64,000 nt of DNA, from NCBI GenBank assembly GCA_965250285.1, contig OZ252299.1, positions 4,544,001 to 4,608,000 on the forward strand. Reading direction: 5' to 3'. The number at the start of each line of letters is the position of its first letter. Positions within the stretch are counted from its first letter, which is position 1. The DNA comes from Myxococcota bacterium. Its GTDB lineage: Bacteria; Myxococcota_A; UBA9160; UBA4427. The position numbers and the translations under genes were made by a program. A model generated the notes under the pieces. The model ran no database searches. It was not told the DNA's origin and saw nothing but the letters and a program-made list of their open reading frames with translations. Positions 17,748 through 26,693 of this stretch are shown here, piece by piece.

Positions 17748-18985
17748 CGCGCCAGCTCCAGCATCGTATGGAGAAGGACGTTTGCGCCCCGGGCGATGTC
17801 CGCGGGCGAGGTCCACTCTGCGGGCGAGTGGCTGCGGCCCCCCCGGCTTGGGACGAAGATCATGCCGGCGGGTGCAACCCGCGCGATCATCTGCGTGTCG
17901 TGGGCCGCGCCCGAGGGCATGGGCAAGGGTGAGACGTCGAGTCGGTCGCAGGCGCTCTGCACCGCCGAGAGGACGCGTTCGTGACATGCGACAGGCTCGA
18001 TCTCGCTCACGAGCTCGAACTCGAAGCCGAGGTCACGGCGGCGTGCGATCGCCGAGAACGTGCGTCGGAATGCATCCGAAAGGGTGTCGAGCGTCTGCGG
18101 GTCGGTATCCCGCACCTCGAGCGCGAGCCGCGCCTCGCCCGGCACGACGTTCGCCGCGCCCGGAACGAGCTCGATGCGTCCGATCGTCGCGCGACTGCGC
18201 GGGCTGCCGTGCTCTTCGAGGATGCGATCGATCTGGCCTGCGAGCTCGGCGGCGCCCCGGAAGGCGTCCCGCCGCATGTCCATGGGTGTCGTGCCGGCGT
18301 GGTTCGCTTCGCCGATCAACCGCACGTCCCATCGGAAGAGGCCGGTGATCGCGTCGACCATCCCAATCGTCGCGCCGTCGCGTTCCAACACGGGACCCTG
18401 CTCGATGTGCAGCTCGACGAACGCGTGAATCGAGCCCGGCGGCCGCTCTGCGGTGAGGGCATCGCGCGCGTGGTAGCCGCATTCGCCCATCGCAGTCTCG
18501 AGGCTGACCCCGTCGAGATCGCGAGCGAGCGCGATCGACTCGGGCGTGAGCTGCCCGCTCATCGCCTGCGAGCCCAGCATGCCGCCAAAGCGCCCCTCTT
18601 CGTCGGAGAACGCGACGAGCTCGACCGGCCGCTCGAGCGGCACGCCGTTCTCGACCAGCACCCGGAGGACTTCGAGACCGGCCACGACGCCGTACGCGCC
18701 GTCGAGCTGGCCGGCGTCGGGAACCGTGTCGAGATGGGAGCCCGTCATGACGCAGGGCACGTCGTCGAGCTCGGTATCGGGCCAGCGTGCGCCGAGGTTC
18801 GCGGCCCCGTCGACGCGCGTCTTCAGGCCGCACTCATCGAAGCGATCGACGAGCCACCGACGTGCGGCCATGTCGGCGGGGGTGAAGGCGCGCCGATTCA
18901 GGCCGGGCGTGTCGCCCGCCCCGATGCGAGCCAGCGCGGCGAGGTCGGCTTCGAGGCGCGCGGCGTCGATGCAGAGCTCAGCCAT
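17744..18985 (-). CDS. Zn-dependent N-carbamoyl-L-amino-acid hydrolase / allantoate amidohydrolase family (M20)
   Basis: GSHLDTVP..G.LDG.YG, DEEGRFG, ELHIEQGPVLE, GEANHAGTTPM, SGAAHD, GRSHSPAE. Confidence 0.92.
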   Translation of the reverse strand: MAELCIDAARLEADLAALARIGAGDTPGLNRRAFTPADMAARRWLVDRFDECGLKTRVDGAANLGARWPDTELDDVPCVMTGSHLDTVPDAGQLDGAYGVVAGLEVLRVLVENGVPLERPVELVAFSDEEGRFGGMLGSQAMSGQLTPESIALARDLDGVSLETAMGECGYHARDALTAERPPGSIHAFVELHIEQGPVLERDGATIGMVDAITGLFRWDVRLIGEANHAGTTPMDMRRDAFRGAAELAGQIDRILEEHGSPRSRATIGRIELVPGAANVVPGEARLALEVRDTDPQTLDTLSDAFRRTFSAIARRRDLGFEFELVSEIEPVACHERVLSAVQSACDRLDVSPLPMPSGAAHDTQMIARVAPAGMIFVPSRGGRSHSPAEWTSPADIARGANVLLHTMLELAR

Positions 18986-19508
18986 GCGCGGATCCCGTGG
19001 AAGCCCCCACCGCGTCCTTTCCCTCCGAGGCGGCGCCTCGGACGACGACGACGATCGTCCCCGCGAACACGAAGAGCCCGACCGCAAAGAAGGCGAGCGC
19101 GCGCCCAAGGGGATGGTGTTCGACGTCGACCTGCACGGGCTCGCTCGGGATCGACCCGTCGCCCGTACGAAGCCGGTAGGTATAGGTGCCGTCGCTTCGG
19201 CCGGTGAGCGTTGTGGCCTGATCCTGGCCCCGGTACACGACCCGTGCATCGCCGAAATCCGCCGAGCTCGACTCCTCGAGCACGGCGGGACCGCCGAACT
19301 CCCAGGACAGCTGGTAGACGCCATCGCTCGACTGAGAGGTCGAAGCCGTCAGCCTCGGGGCTGCGCCTGCATCCGTCGCGGCGATGAGCGGTGCCACGAG
19401 AAGGAAGGCCGACGCGATCAGGAGAGAGGAGGCGGCTCGCTCGAGCCTTCCGGTCGCGGGGGCTGGCACGACGAGCGAAGCGGCTGTGCTCCTCTGGCCC
19501 AATCTCAC
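18978..19508 (-). CDS. Exported FN3/Ig-like domain protein with C-terminal TM anchor
   Basis: Hydrophobic signal, YQLSW...DGTYTYRLR beta-sandwich pattern, C-terminal TM. Stop overlaps the next gene; start uncertain. Confidence 0.65.
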   Translation of the reverse strand: MRLGQRSTAASLVVPAPATGRLERAASSLLIASAFLLVAPLIAATDAGAAPRLTASTSQSSDGVYQLSWEFGGPAVLEESSSADFGDARVVYRGQDQATTLTGRSDGTYTYRLRTGDGSIPSEPVQVDVEHHPLGRALAFFAVGLFVFAGTIVVVVRGAASEGKDAVGASTGSAHG

Positions 19509-19966
19509 ACCCTTCGCTGCCGCGGCCCACCTGCGGCCGCGCGAAAGCCGAGCAGGCTAGCAGCCCGATCCGGCGAGTGCCGTTCTTCCCGATCGCGGCC
19601 CGTCGGCGGCTTGGCTCGCCGCGCCTCGATGCAGACCGATCGAGAAAGGGGCGTGCTGATTCCGGCCGATCCGGGCAACTCGGTTCGAGACTCCGTGCGT
19701 CCTCGACGCATGTTCAGGGCCGACACGGAGCGACGGGCGGCGGTTTCGGGCTCGGGAGATCTGGTGTCTCCCACGAATTCCGCGATACGCCCGGAGGATA
19801 CAGGGAAGAGGGTCCGACGCGAAATCGCGATCCGGCCGCTCACCGCGCGAAGAGCTGCTCAGACCTGCCTCGTGCGCGAGTTTCCTACACGGTCGAACAC
19901 GGAGCGTTCCGACGGCCAGGTCGGAAGACGCAGCGATCTTCGCCCATGGTGCGCTCGAACGCGCCG

Positions 19967-22000
19967 TCAGCAGATCGACTTCCGGCGTTGGACCGCCCAC
20001 GAGCCGACAGCAAGAAAGCCGCTCACCAAGCAAACGAATCCCGATGCGCCCAGCGCGGGGACCGGCTCTGCGGGTGAGAGGGCCTCGCAGGCGTTCTCGA
20101 GGTGCGTCGCGGCGTCATTCAGCGTCGACACATCGAGCGCGAGCGAGGCGCTCTGGATCTCCGCGGAGATCGCCGTCCAGGCCGCACTCGAGATCTCGCC
20201 CTGGGCCACGGCCTCTTGACCGGCCTGCTCGGCCTGCGAGATCAGCTCGCCGATCTGCGTCACGTCCGCTGCGGCTGAGTCGGGGCACGTTGCGCGGAAG
20301 GCAAAGGCATTCGTCGCGCGATCCGAGGCGGCACAGACCGCGTCACGCGACAGCAGATCGTGTCGGCGCACGGCGTACTTCGTGATCCCGCCGGATAGCG
20401 GACCGGGCGTCAGGCCCAATGCGATGGAGAATGGACGCCGCGCCGGCGAGTTGCCGATATAGAGCGACCCATCCGCACCCGACGTCAAGACTGCGATGCT
20501 CTCTTCGGTGCCGACCGTGAAGGAGCGGACGGCCCCGGTCTCGCGGTCGAGGGTTCCGTAGCCGACCGCCACCGCAAAGGGAATGCCGCTCAGAACAGGG
20601 CCGATCGCGGCCTGGAAGCCCAGCGCGTTTGCACCGATGGAAGGCAGGCTCAGCTTGAACTCGGTGTAGTCGGCTGGGAAGCCCTCGAACAACCCGGCGG
20701 TGCCTGCCTGCCAGCCCTGGACCCCGGTGGCGCCCTCGTCGAACACCTGGGTGATGAAGTCGCGCGAGGGAGCGAAGAGGGCATCGTCGTCGGACGATAC
20801 GCCCACCGATCCCACGATCTGCTGGCCCACGTCCAGCTCCCAGATCGTCGAACAATCCTGAGCCGAGATCGCCAGCAGCTTGCCGGCGTCGTCGCCCACG
20901 TAGATTCGACTCCCGTCGGCCCGCAGCGCGGGCGTCGAGGCCGAGCCTCCCTGGAACGAAGCGTGGCATGCCTCTGTCACCTGGAAGCTGCCGCCGTCCG
21001 GGACGATGTCGAGCCCGTACAGGGCGCCGAGCTCCGAGACTCCGTCGACGGTGCCATCCTCTGCGTCGGGCGCCGTCGCTGCGATCCAGAGGCGACCGGT
21101 GAAGGGGTCGATCGAGAACATGTTGGTCACTTCCCTGCCCGCGCCCTGTGCGCCACTGACGAAGGGGGCGAAGGACCCATCAGGGGCGTTCACGAGCGTC
21201 TGCCACTCGTCTTCCGCGGCGGCCACGAGCGTCGGCGGCAGGCTGCCCCCCGCAGCGGGCGACGCCTCACCGGGAAGCTGGAACGGAGCGGTGAGCAGCT
21301 GGGCTCCGGTCGACCGATCGAGGGCGTAGACGAACCCGTCGACGGTGAGCGCAACGATCGCGTCCAGACCCGGGAGGTAGTTGACCCCGAGGACGCCGGC
21401 CGAGGTCGGTGGGGACCCGAGCGAGAGACCAGTGGGGACGTCCCAGATGATCGTCCCATCCGGGCTCACCGAGAGCGCCCGGTCGTAGAGCGCCAGGTAG
21501 ACACGTTGCTCGCCGGGAGCGCTCGGCTCGTCCAGCACCATCGGTGCCGAGGTACCGGGGACGGCGCCGGTCCCGGTGATGGCCCAGCGTCTCGAGCCGT
21601 CGCTGGGATCGATCGAGATCAGGACGACGTTCTCGTAGGGGCGGTAGGGAGAGATGTAGAGATTCCCCGCGTCGTCGATGGCGGGGCCCGTCAGGTTGTA
21701 GGTGGCGGGCTCTGCGACCCACTCGGCCTCGATCACGGGGGCGATCGCTCGCGAGATCTCATCCGTGTTGATCGCGTCCCCATGGATGTTTCGCCAGGAC
21801 TCTCTAGAGGGAACGACCGGATCGTCGTACGGCACCTGGCGGCAGCCGTCTGGGACCCAACTCGTTCGACCGGGAGGATCGAACGACACGACTCCTTGGG
21901 CAGACGCATCCAGTGATGCAGTTGTGGCGCACATGACCGCGCCAAAGAGAATGATCAGCTGAATCAACGTCGTACGCACGGCTGCCTTGCTCGCCTCCAC
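19967..22000 (-). CDS. Secreted PQQ-like beta-propeller protein with IPTL-CTERM-like tail
   Basis: Signal peptide, repeated DG...W blades, C-terminal VPALGASGFVCLVSGFLAVGSWAVQRRK. Confidence 0.75.
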   Translation of the reverse strand: MEASKAAVRTTLIQLIILFGAVMCATTASLDASAQGVVSFDPPGRTSWVPDGCRQVPYDDPVVPSRESWRNIHGDAINTDEISRAIAPVIEAEWVAEPATYNLTGPAIDDAGNLYISPYRPYENVVLISIDPSDGSRRWAITGTGAVPGTSAPMVLDEPSAPGEQRVYLALYDRALSVSPDGTIIWDVPTGLSLGSPPTSAGVLGVNYLPGLDAIVALTVDGFVYALDRSTGAQLLTAPFQLPGEASPAAGGSLPPTLVAAAEDEWQTLVNAPDGSFAPFVSGAQGAGREVTNMFSIDPFTGRLWIAATAPDAEDGTVDGVSELGALYGLDIVPDGGSFQVTEACHASFQGGSASTPALRADGSRIYVGDDAGKLLAISAQDCSTIWELDVGQQIVGSVGVSSDDDALFAPSRDFITQVFDEGATGVQGWQAGTAGLFEGFPADYTEFKLSLPSIGANALGFQAAIGPVLSGIPFAVAVGYGTLDRETGAVRSFTVGTEESIAVLTSGADGSLYIGNSPARRPFSIALGLTPGPLSGGITKYAVRRHDLLSRDAVCAASDRATNAFAFRATCPDSAAADVTQIGELISQAEQAGQEAVAQGEISSAAWTAISAEIQSASLALDVSTLNDAATHLENACEALSPAEPVPALGASGFVCLVSGFLAVGSWAVQRRKSIC

Positions 22001-22017
22001 GGTTGCTGTGTTCTCTT

Positions 22018-22683
22018 CTAGGACGATCTGCTGGGCGGCTCGATGGAGAGGCTGGTCTTCGGACGTCCGTCCTGGCGACGAGCGTCCGAGAGAGCCGAAG
22101 CCATCAGGGCCCGCACGGCTTCGCGCAACACCCGAGCCGCCGCTTCTTCCGACAGCCTCGAGTGGCGCCGCAGCTCCTCCCAGTAGCTGAACGAGAGCAA
22201 CGCGCGGAGCGCGACGATCAGATCGCTGCGCTGGGGCTCCGACAGCGAATCCAACTCAGGAGCAAGCACGGCCCGTAGCTGCCGACGGGCGGCTGCGCGG
22301 CCGAACGCGTACCGGTCTCGGATGACCTTGGAGAACGGCTCGTAGAGCAGCGCCGCCCGGCGAACCGGAGCAATGAGCTCGTTGCGGCGGACCCAATGCC
22401 GAACGAGAGAATCCATTCGCTCTTCGAGCGAGCCCTCGGTCACGACCGGTTCGAGCTGCCCCTTGACCCGTTCGAACTGCAGCTGGGCGGCCGCCTCGAA
22501 AAGCGCCTCCATGTTCTCGAAGTGCCGGAAGACCGCGCGGGACGACACCCCTGCGCGCTCCGCCACCTGATCCGACGAAGGACGCGCCAGACCGGCTTCG
22601 AGGCAGTCGAGCATGGCCGCGGCAACCGCGGCGCGGGTCCGATGGGAGCGGGCCTTTCGACCGTCCTGTTCTTCTTCGACCAT
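22018..22683 (-). CDS. TetR/AcrR family transcriptional regulator
   Basis: DGRKARSHRTR...VAERAGVSSRAVFRHFENMEAL HTH. Confidence 0.92.
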   Translation of the reverse strand: MVEEEQDGRKARSHRTRAAVAAAMLDCLEAGLARPSSDQVAERAGVSSRAVFRHFENMEALFEAAAQLQFERVKGQLEPVVTEGSLEERMDSLVRHWVRRNELIAPVRRAALLYEPFSKVIRDRYAFGRAAARRQLRAVLAPELDSLSEPQRSDLIVALRALLSFSYWEELRRHSRLSEEAAARVLREAVRALMASALSDARRQDGRPKTSLSIEPPSRSS

Positions 22684-22693
22684 CTCTTGTTCC

Positions 22694-22750
22694 TATTTTG
22701 TCGGCCACTCTGACGATATCATATCTATTGTCTGAGTTACCGACAAAATA
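22694..22750. promoter_or_regulatory. 57-bp inverted repeat containing two TGTC-N9-GAC(A/G) palindromes; likely TetR operator
   Basis: TATTTTGTCGG(22694-22704)...CCGACAAAATA(22740-22750), AT-rich, directly upstream of the TetR ATG. Confidence 0.65.
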
Positions 22751-23272
22751 TACGCTCGGAGCGACGGGAGCCTGCGCGAGTCGGCTTGCCCGATGCGGCG
22801 TGAGGGCGTCGGAGCCCCTCCCGTGGGGCTCAACCGCCCACGCCGCGTCTCGATGGGATCTCGCCGAGGCTGTGCGACATCACCGTCGAAGGACGCTCAC
22901 CCGTCGGGCCGCATCACGAGATCTCCCGGCCGGAATGGGTCGAGCCGGCGGGGCGGGGGCCGCCTCAGTGGCGGGTCGGCTCCGCCAGTAGCGACATCGC
23001 TGCGGTGGGAGTGTCTTCTGCGCCCGCTTGCGAGCGCGTGCGCTCGAGCAAGCAATGGCGGAGCGGGCGGCCGATGGAAAACCGGCGCGACGGGATTCCA
23101 ACCGCCCGAGTTCGCAACAGAGATGGTGCGACCGCACCGGCTCGATTCCAGAGAGAGCCGCGAGTCTCCGGTCGGAGTCGCGAACCGGTACCGGGCAAGA
23201 CCCCGCGAACGCGCGCGCTCTCTCACGCCGCGTCTCGGATTCACTGGAATGTCTCGGAACGACCAGACCGAC

Positions 23273-23360
23273 TGGCGGAGAGAGTGGGATTCGAACCCAC
23301 GGTAGGTTTCCCTACACACGCTTTCCAAGCGTGCGCCTTAAGCCACTCGGCCATCTCTCC
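23273..23360 (-). tRNA. tRNA-Ser(GGA)
   Basis: GGAGAGATGGCCGAGTGG...CACGC-TT-GGA-AA-GCGTG, long variable arm, GGTTCGAATCC, ends GCCA. Confidence 0.97.
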
Positions 23361-23455
23361 GTGGAGTCAGTCTGCCGTCGGGGGCGAGCCCCTCCCGCGC
23401 GCCGGGGTCGGTTCGATCGATCAACCAGAGCCAACGCCGATCCAACGCCGAGAGG

Positions 23456-23580
23456 GAGCCTTCAGCCAAGCGACACGGCTTGGCCGTGTCGCAGATACAG
23501 AGCCTTCAGCCAAGCAACACGGCTTGGCCGTGTTGCAGATACAGAGCCTTCAGCCAAGCGACACGGCCGCGCCATGTCGC
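23456..23580. repeat. About 2.8 tandem copies of a 44-bp hairpin-forming unit
   Basis: GAGCCTTCAGCCAAGCGACACGGCTTGGCCGTGTCGCAGATACA-like units start at 23456, 23500 and 23544. Confidence 0.92.
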
Positions 23581-23583
23581 GAT

Positions 23584-23674
<91 letters not shown>

Positions 23675-23793
23675 GGGGGGCGAGACCATACCACGACTGC
23701 CCGGCGAGGGGCGTTCGACGGGCGCTTTTCCTCGTCGAATCAGGGGCTTGGCGCTTTGTCTGGATCGGGCGGCGGGGCCGTGCCGGGGCGGGT

Positions 23794-24963
23794 TCAGTCG
23801 CTCGGCGTGCGGTCGACGATCTCGGTGACGACGACCTTCGAGCGGCCGCTCGCCGCATCGACGGGCCCCGAGATCGGGCTGCCTTCGACGATGGCGTCGA
23901 GGCGATCCTGCATCTGCTCGGGTACGTCGATGAACTCGAGGCCGAGACCCGTGGTCGCGTCGGCGTGCACGACCACGCCGCGCAGCACGAGCGGCGGCGA
24001 GCCCTTGCCGCCGTAGAGCGCGAGCTTGAGCTCGTCGCCTTCGCCGATCTCGGGGTCGGCGGCGAGGCGCATGCCGCCGGCCGAGATGTCGCGGCTCACG
24101 ACGGCCTGGGCCTGACCGCGCAGCGTGGCGAGCATGCGCTTGTGGAACGTCTTGCGCGCCGCGCGCCGTTGGTTGGCGCTTTTGGGTTCTTCGGCCGCCG
24201 GCGCAGCGTCGTTCGACGGCGTCTCGGCGGGCTTCGGCGAACGGGCGTGTTCGGTCGGGCCACCGACGCGACGCGCACCCGGATGCAGCAAGCTGCCGTG
24301 CGCAGCCTGCCCCTTCATGATCTCACGCAGCCGCTTGCGCGCAGCCATACTGGCGTCGCAGAACTCGAGCGCGACAACCGTGCCGTCGCCGGCGCGCGCA
24401 TGCTGCGAGAGCACCCGCGCGCGCAGGTCGAGCTTGCGACCGCCGGTCCAGCTCGTCGGCAAACGCAGCGTGACCTCGTCGGCTTTGATGCCCTCGTCGA
24501 CGTGCAGACCGCACCCTCGCTCCGACAGCTGAAGCAGCGTGGCACGCCGCGTGAAGAAGCCGGCCTTCAGCTTGACTTCGCCGCCGATCATCGCGCGCAT
24601 GCCCTTGCGGCGTTCGGGCCCGCGATAGAGCGCGTGCTCGATCAGCGCGCGCAGGCTCGACGGATCGATCGGCAGCTCGACGACGAAGTCGCATGGGTGT
24701 CGCTCGAGCTCTTTGCGGAGCATGCGCGAGAGCGTCCTGCCCATCACGACGTGCGTGGCGGCGCCGACGCGTGTGCGCAGGCTGGTATCGGAGAGAGCGG
24801 CCTGAGGTGTGGTGATCAGCAGATCGGCCTGGCCGTCGCCTTCGGGCAGGCCGTCGCACCAGCCGATGCCCAGATCGTTCAGCAGGGTCTGCGTCGACGC
24901 GAGCTCACCCGACGCGTCGATCAGGCACACGCGGGGTTCGACCAGGGGCGGGGCTTCGGCCAT
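23794..24963 (-). CDS. Tandem PilZ domain protein with degenerate receiver-like N-terminus
   Basis: ERRKGMR...QLSERG and QRRAARK...DISAGG (RxxxR-like / DxSxxG motifs). Confidence 0.85.
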   Translation of the reverse strand: MAEAPPLVEPRVCLIDASGELASTQTLLNDLGIGWCDGLPEGDGQADLLITTPQAALSDTSLRTRVGAATHVVMGRTLSRMLRKELERHPCDFVVELPIDPSSLRALIEHALYRGPERRKGMRAMIGGEVKLKAGFFTRRATLLQLSERGCGLHVDEGIKADEVTLRLPTSWTGGRKLDLRARVLSQHARAGDGTVVALEFCDASMAARKRLREIMKGQAAHGSLLHPGARRVGGPTEHARSPKPAETPSNDAAPAAEEPKSANQRRAARKTFHKRMLATLRGQAQAVVSRDISAGGMRLAADPEIGEGDELKLALYGGKGSPPLVLRGVVVHADATTGLGLEFIDVPEQMQDRLDAIVEGSPISGPVDAASGRSKVVVTEIVDRTPSD

Positions 24964-25024
24964 CTCGACTCTCCAACCAGCAACGGCAGCGCGGATGAGC
25001 CCCGGATCGAAGCCCGCTCGGGGG

Positions 25025-25050
25025 ATCGGCGCGCGCCGCCTCGGCCTGTA
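25025..25050 (-). promoter_or_regulatory. Possible sigma28-like promoter for the PilZ gene
   Basis: Minus strand TACA-N16-GCCGAT versus the consensus TAAA-N15-GCCGATAA. Confidence 0.25.
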
Positions 25051-25277
25051 GAGTCAAAATCAAGATTCCTCCCCCTCATTTGGGAGGGCAGAGTGAACCC
25101 GCAGCAGAAGATGCGCAGGTGCGAGGGAAATCGCCGAGGCCTCGGCGCGCCGAATCAGGGAAAACCCCGAACCAGGCCCCACGAACACGCCTGCGTTCCG
25201 AACCCCGCTCGTTCCATACCTGCGCATGGTGGCAGCGCGGCAGTCACCATCCGTCCAGTGCCGCGCGCAGACGCGGT

Positions 25278-25751
25278 TCAGGCGACGCCGGGCTCGCCTT
25301 CATCGCTCGGGATCGTGCGGGCGACCATGGCGTTGCCCTCGCCCCGAAACACCTCGACGCCGTCTTGGTTGCGCAGGATGAAGCGCGTCGTCACGATGCC
25401 GCGATCGGGCTTGCTGCGGCTCACCCGCTTGCTCACGGCCTCGGACTCGAGCGTGAGGACGTCACCGGGATACACCGGGCTCGTCATCATGCACTCGCGA
25501 AAGCCAAGCCCGGCCACGACGTCGAGTCGATCGGGCTGGTCGATGGTGAGCTTCGACATGATCGCGAAGACGTGCGAAAAGCACGCCGAGATGCGCCCGA
25601 AGAACGTCTCGGCCGCCGCCGCGTCGTCGAGGTGCCAGGGCTGCGGATCCCACTGGCGCGCGTACGCGATCACTTCGTCGCGCGGTACGACATAGCCGGC
25701 GCTGCGCGTCGGCACGCCGAGCTTCACGTCTTCATATCGGATGAGGGACAG
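25278..25751 (-). CDS. MaoC-like dehydratase (hotdog fold)
   Basis: YARQWDPQPWHLD, PVYPGDVL, LRNQDG. Probable CTG start at 25751 (GGAG 7 nt upstream) gives LIRYEDVKLG. Confidence 0.85.
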   Translation of the reverse strand: MSLIRYEDVKLGVPTRSAGYVVPRDEVIAYARQWDPQPWHLDDAAAAETFFGRISACFSHVFAIMSKLTIDQPDRLDVVAGLGFRECMMTSPVYPGDVLTLESEAVSKRVSRSKPDRGIVTTRFILRNQDGVEVFRGEGNAMVARTIPSDEGEPGVA

Positions 25752-25795
25752 AGCGAGACTCCGGAGGGCGCCAGCGGGATCGGGTGATGCGTGGC

Positions 25796-26587
25796 TCAGT
25801 TGGAGGGAAGCACGAAACGCAGACTGCCAACGATCTCGTTGGTGCCGGTATCGAACTCGAACTTGCCCTCACGGGTACCGCCGCTGAACACGATGACGTC
25901 GGTCTTGCCGAGGTCGGCATACTGGTACCGCGTGTCGATGACCAGCCAGTCGGTCAGGTGGTAGGCGAGGCCGGCCCCGACCTGCCAGGCGAAGGTCGTG
26001 TTGTCTCGGCTGCCCGACGCGCCCGGGCCACTCGTCGACAGCTTCGCGCGCGAGAACCCCACGCCGCCACCTGCGAAGGGCGCGAGGTTCTTCAAGATCG
26101 GCGTATCGGGCATCAGTCGATCGAGGCCGTACTCGAACCAGAAGTTGCCCTGGATCTGCCAGCTATCGGCCGTGGTGACCCATTCCCCAGACGTGGTGCT
26201 GAACCGGTACGTGTAGCTACGCCCCCCGACGCCCTCGAGCTCGAGGCGCAGATCGCTCCAACCGAGGTCGAGGATCGTGCCGAGCGCCGCACCACCGAAC
26301 GGGTTCTGGTCGTTGATCGTGGTGCTCGGCGCAGCACCGTCGGTGTTCGTCGAGCCCGTGAGGTCGGCGCCGACCCACGTACCACCGACCATCGCGTTGA
26401 GGTAGTAGCGGCGGGGCTTGCGCTTCTTGCCACCCTCGCCAGCGCCGTCGTCGCCGAGCGCGACGCCGCCCGAGAGCACCAGGCTCAGCGACACGAGAAC
26501 GGTGAGCGTGAGGCGGCGCGCGCGGTGGTAGCGCGATCTCGTGCGCTCGGGCACTTCAGTCGAGGGGGCGGGTGTCGCGTCGTACAT
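25796..26587 (-). CDS. Outer-membrane beta-barrel protein (OmpA/opacity-like)
   Basis: Signal peptide, RLELEG, PFAGGGVG, FAWQVGAGLAY, YQYADLG, terminal LRF strand. Confidence 0.82.
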   Translation of the reverse strand: MYDATPAPSTEVPERTRSRYHRARRLTLTVLVSLSLVLSGGVALGDDGAGEGGKKRKPRRYYLNAMVGGTWVGADLTGSTNTDGAAPSTTINDQNPFGGAALGTILDLGWSDLRLELEGVGGRSYTYRFSTTSGEWVTTADSWQIQGNFWFEYGLDRLMPDTPILKNLAPFAGGGVGFSRAKLSTSGPGASGSRDNTTFAWQVGAGLAYHLTDWLVIDTRYQYADLGKTDVIVFSGGTREGKFEFDTGTNEIVGSLRFVLPSN

Positions 26588-26693
26588 GGGCTGGTCCTTC
26601 GCGGTCTGGACGACCTCAGCGAGGCCGGTTCGGCGCGGAGGGTAGCCCATGCAGGAGCGCGGCCGATCAGACGCGGTCGCGTCGAGCGTCCGA

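Noticed and set aside
19509..19966. Riboswitch (e.g. guanidine) in the leader of the carbamoyl operon
   Set aside because: Several GC hairpins are present, but I could not match ykkC, ACGR-loop or other known consensus sequences. An Rfam scan would settle it.
22751..23272. Integrase remnant or att site downstream of tRNA-Ser(GGA)
   Set aside because: No recombinase motif. TGGCGGAG near 23055 is too short a match to the tRNA end.
23456..23580. 44-bp repeats as a CRISPR array
   Set aside because: Units are directly tandem with no unique spacers, and no cas genes are present.
25081..25260. 6S RNA or c-di-GMP riboswitch
   Set aside because: Only 10 bp of long-range pairing, no recognisable consensus and no zapA/ygfA context. 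Kept only as a low-interest structure.
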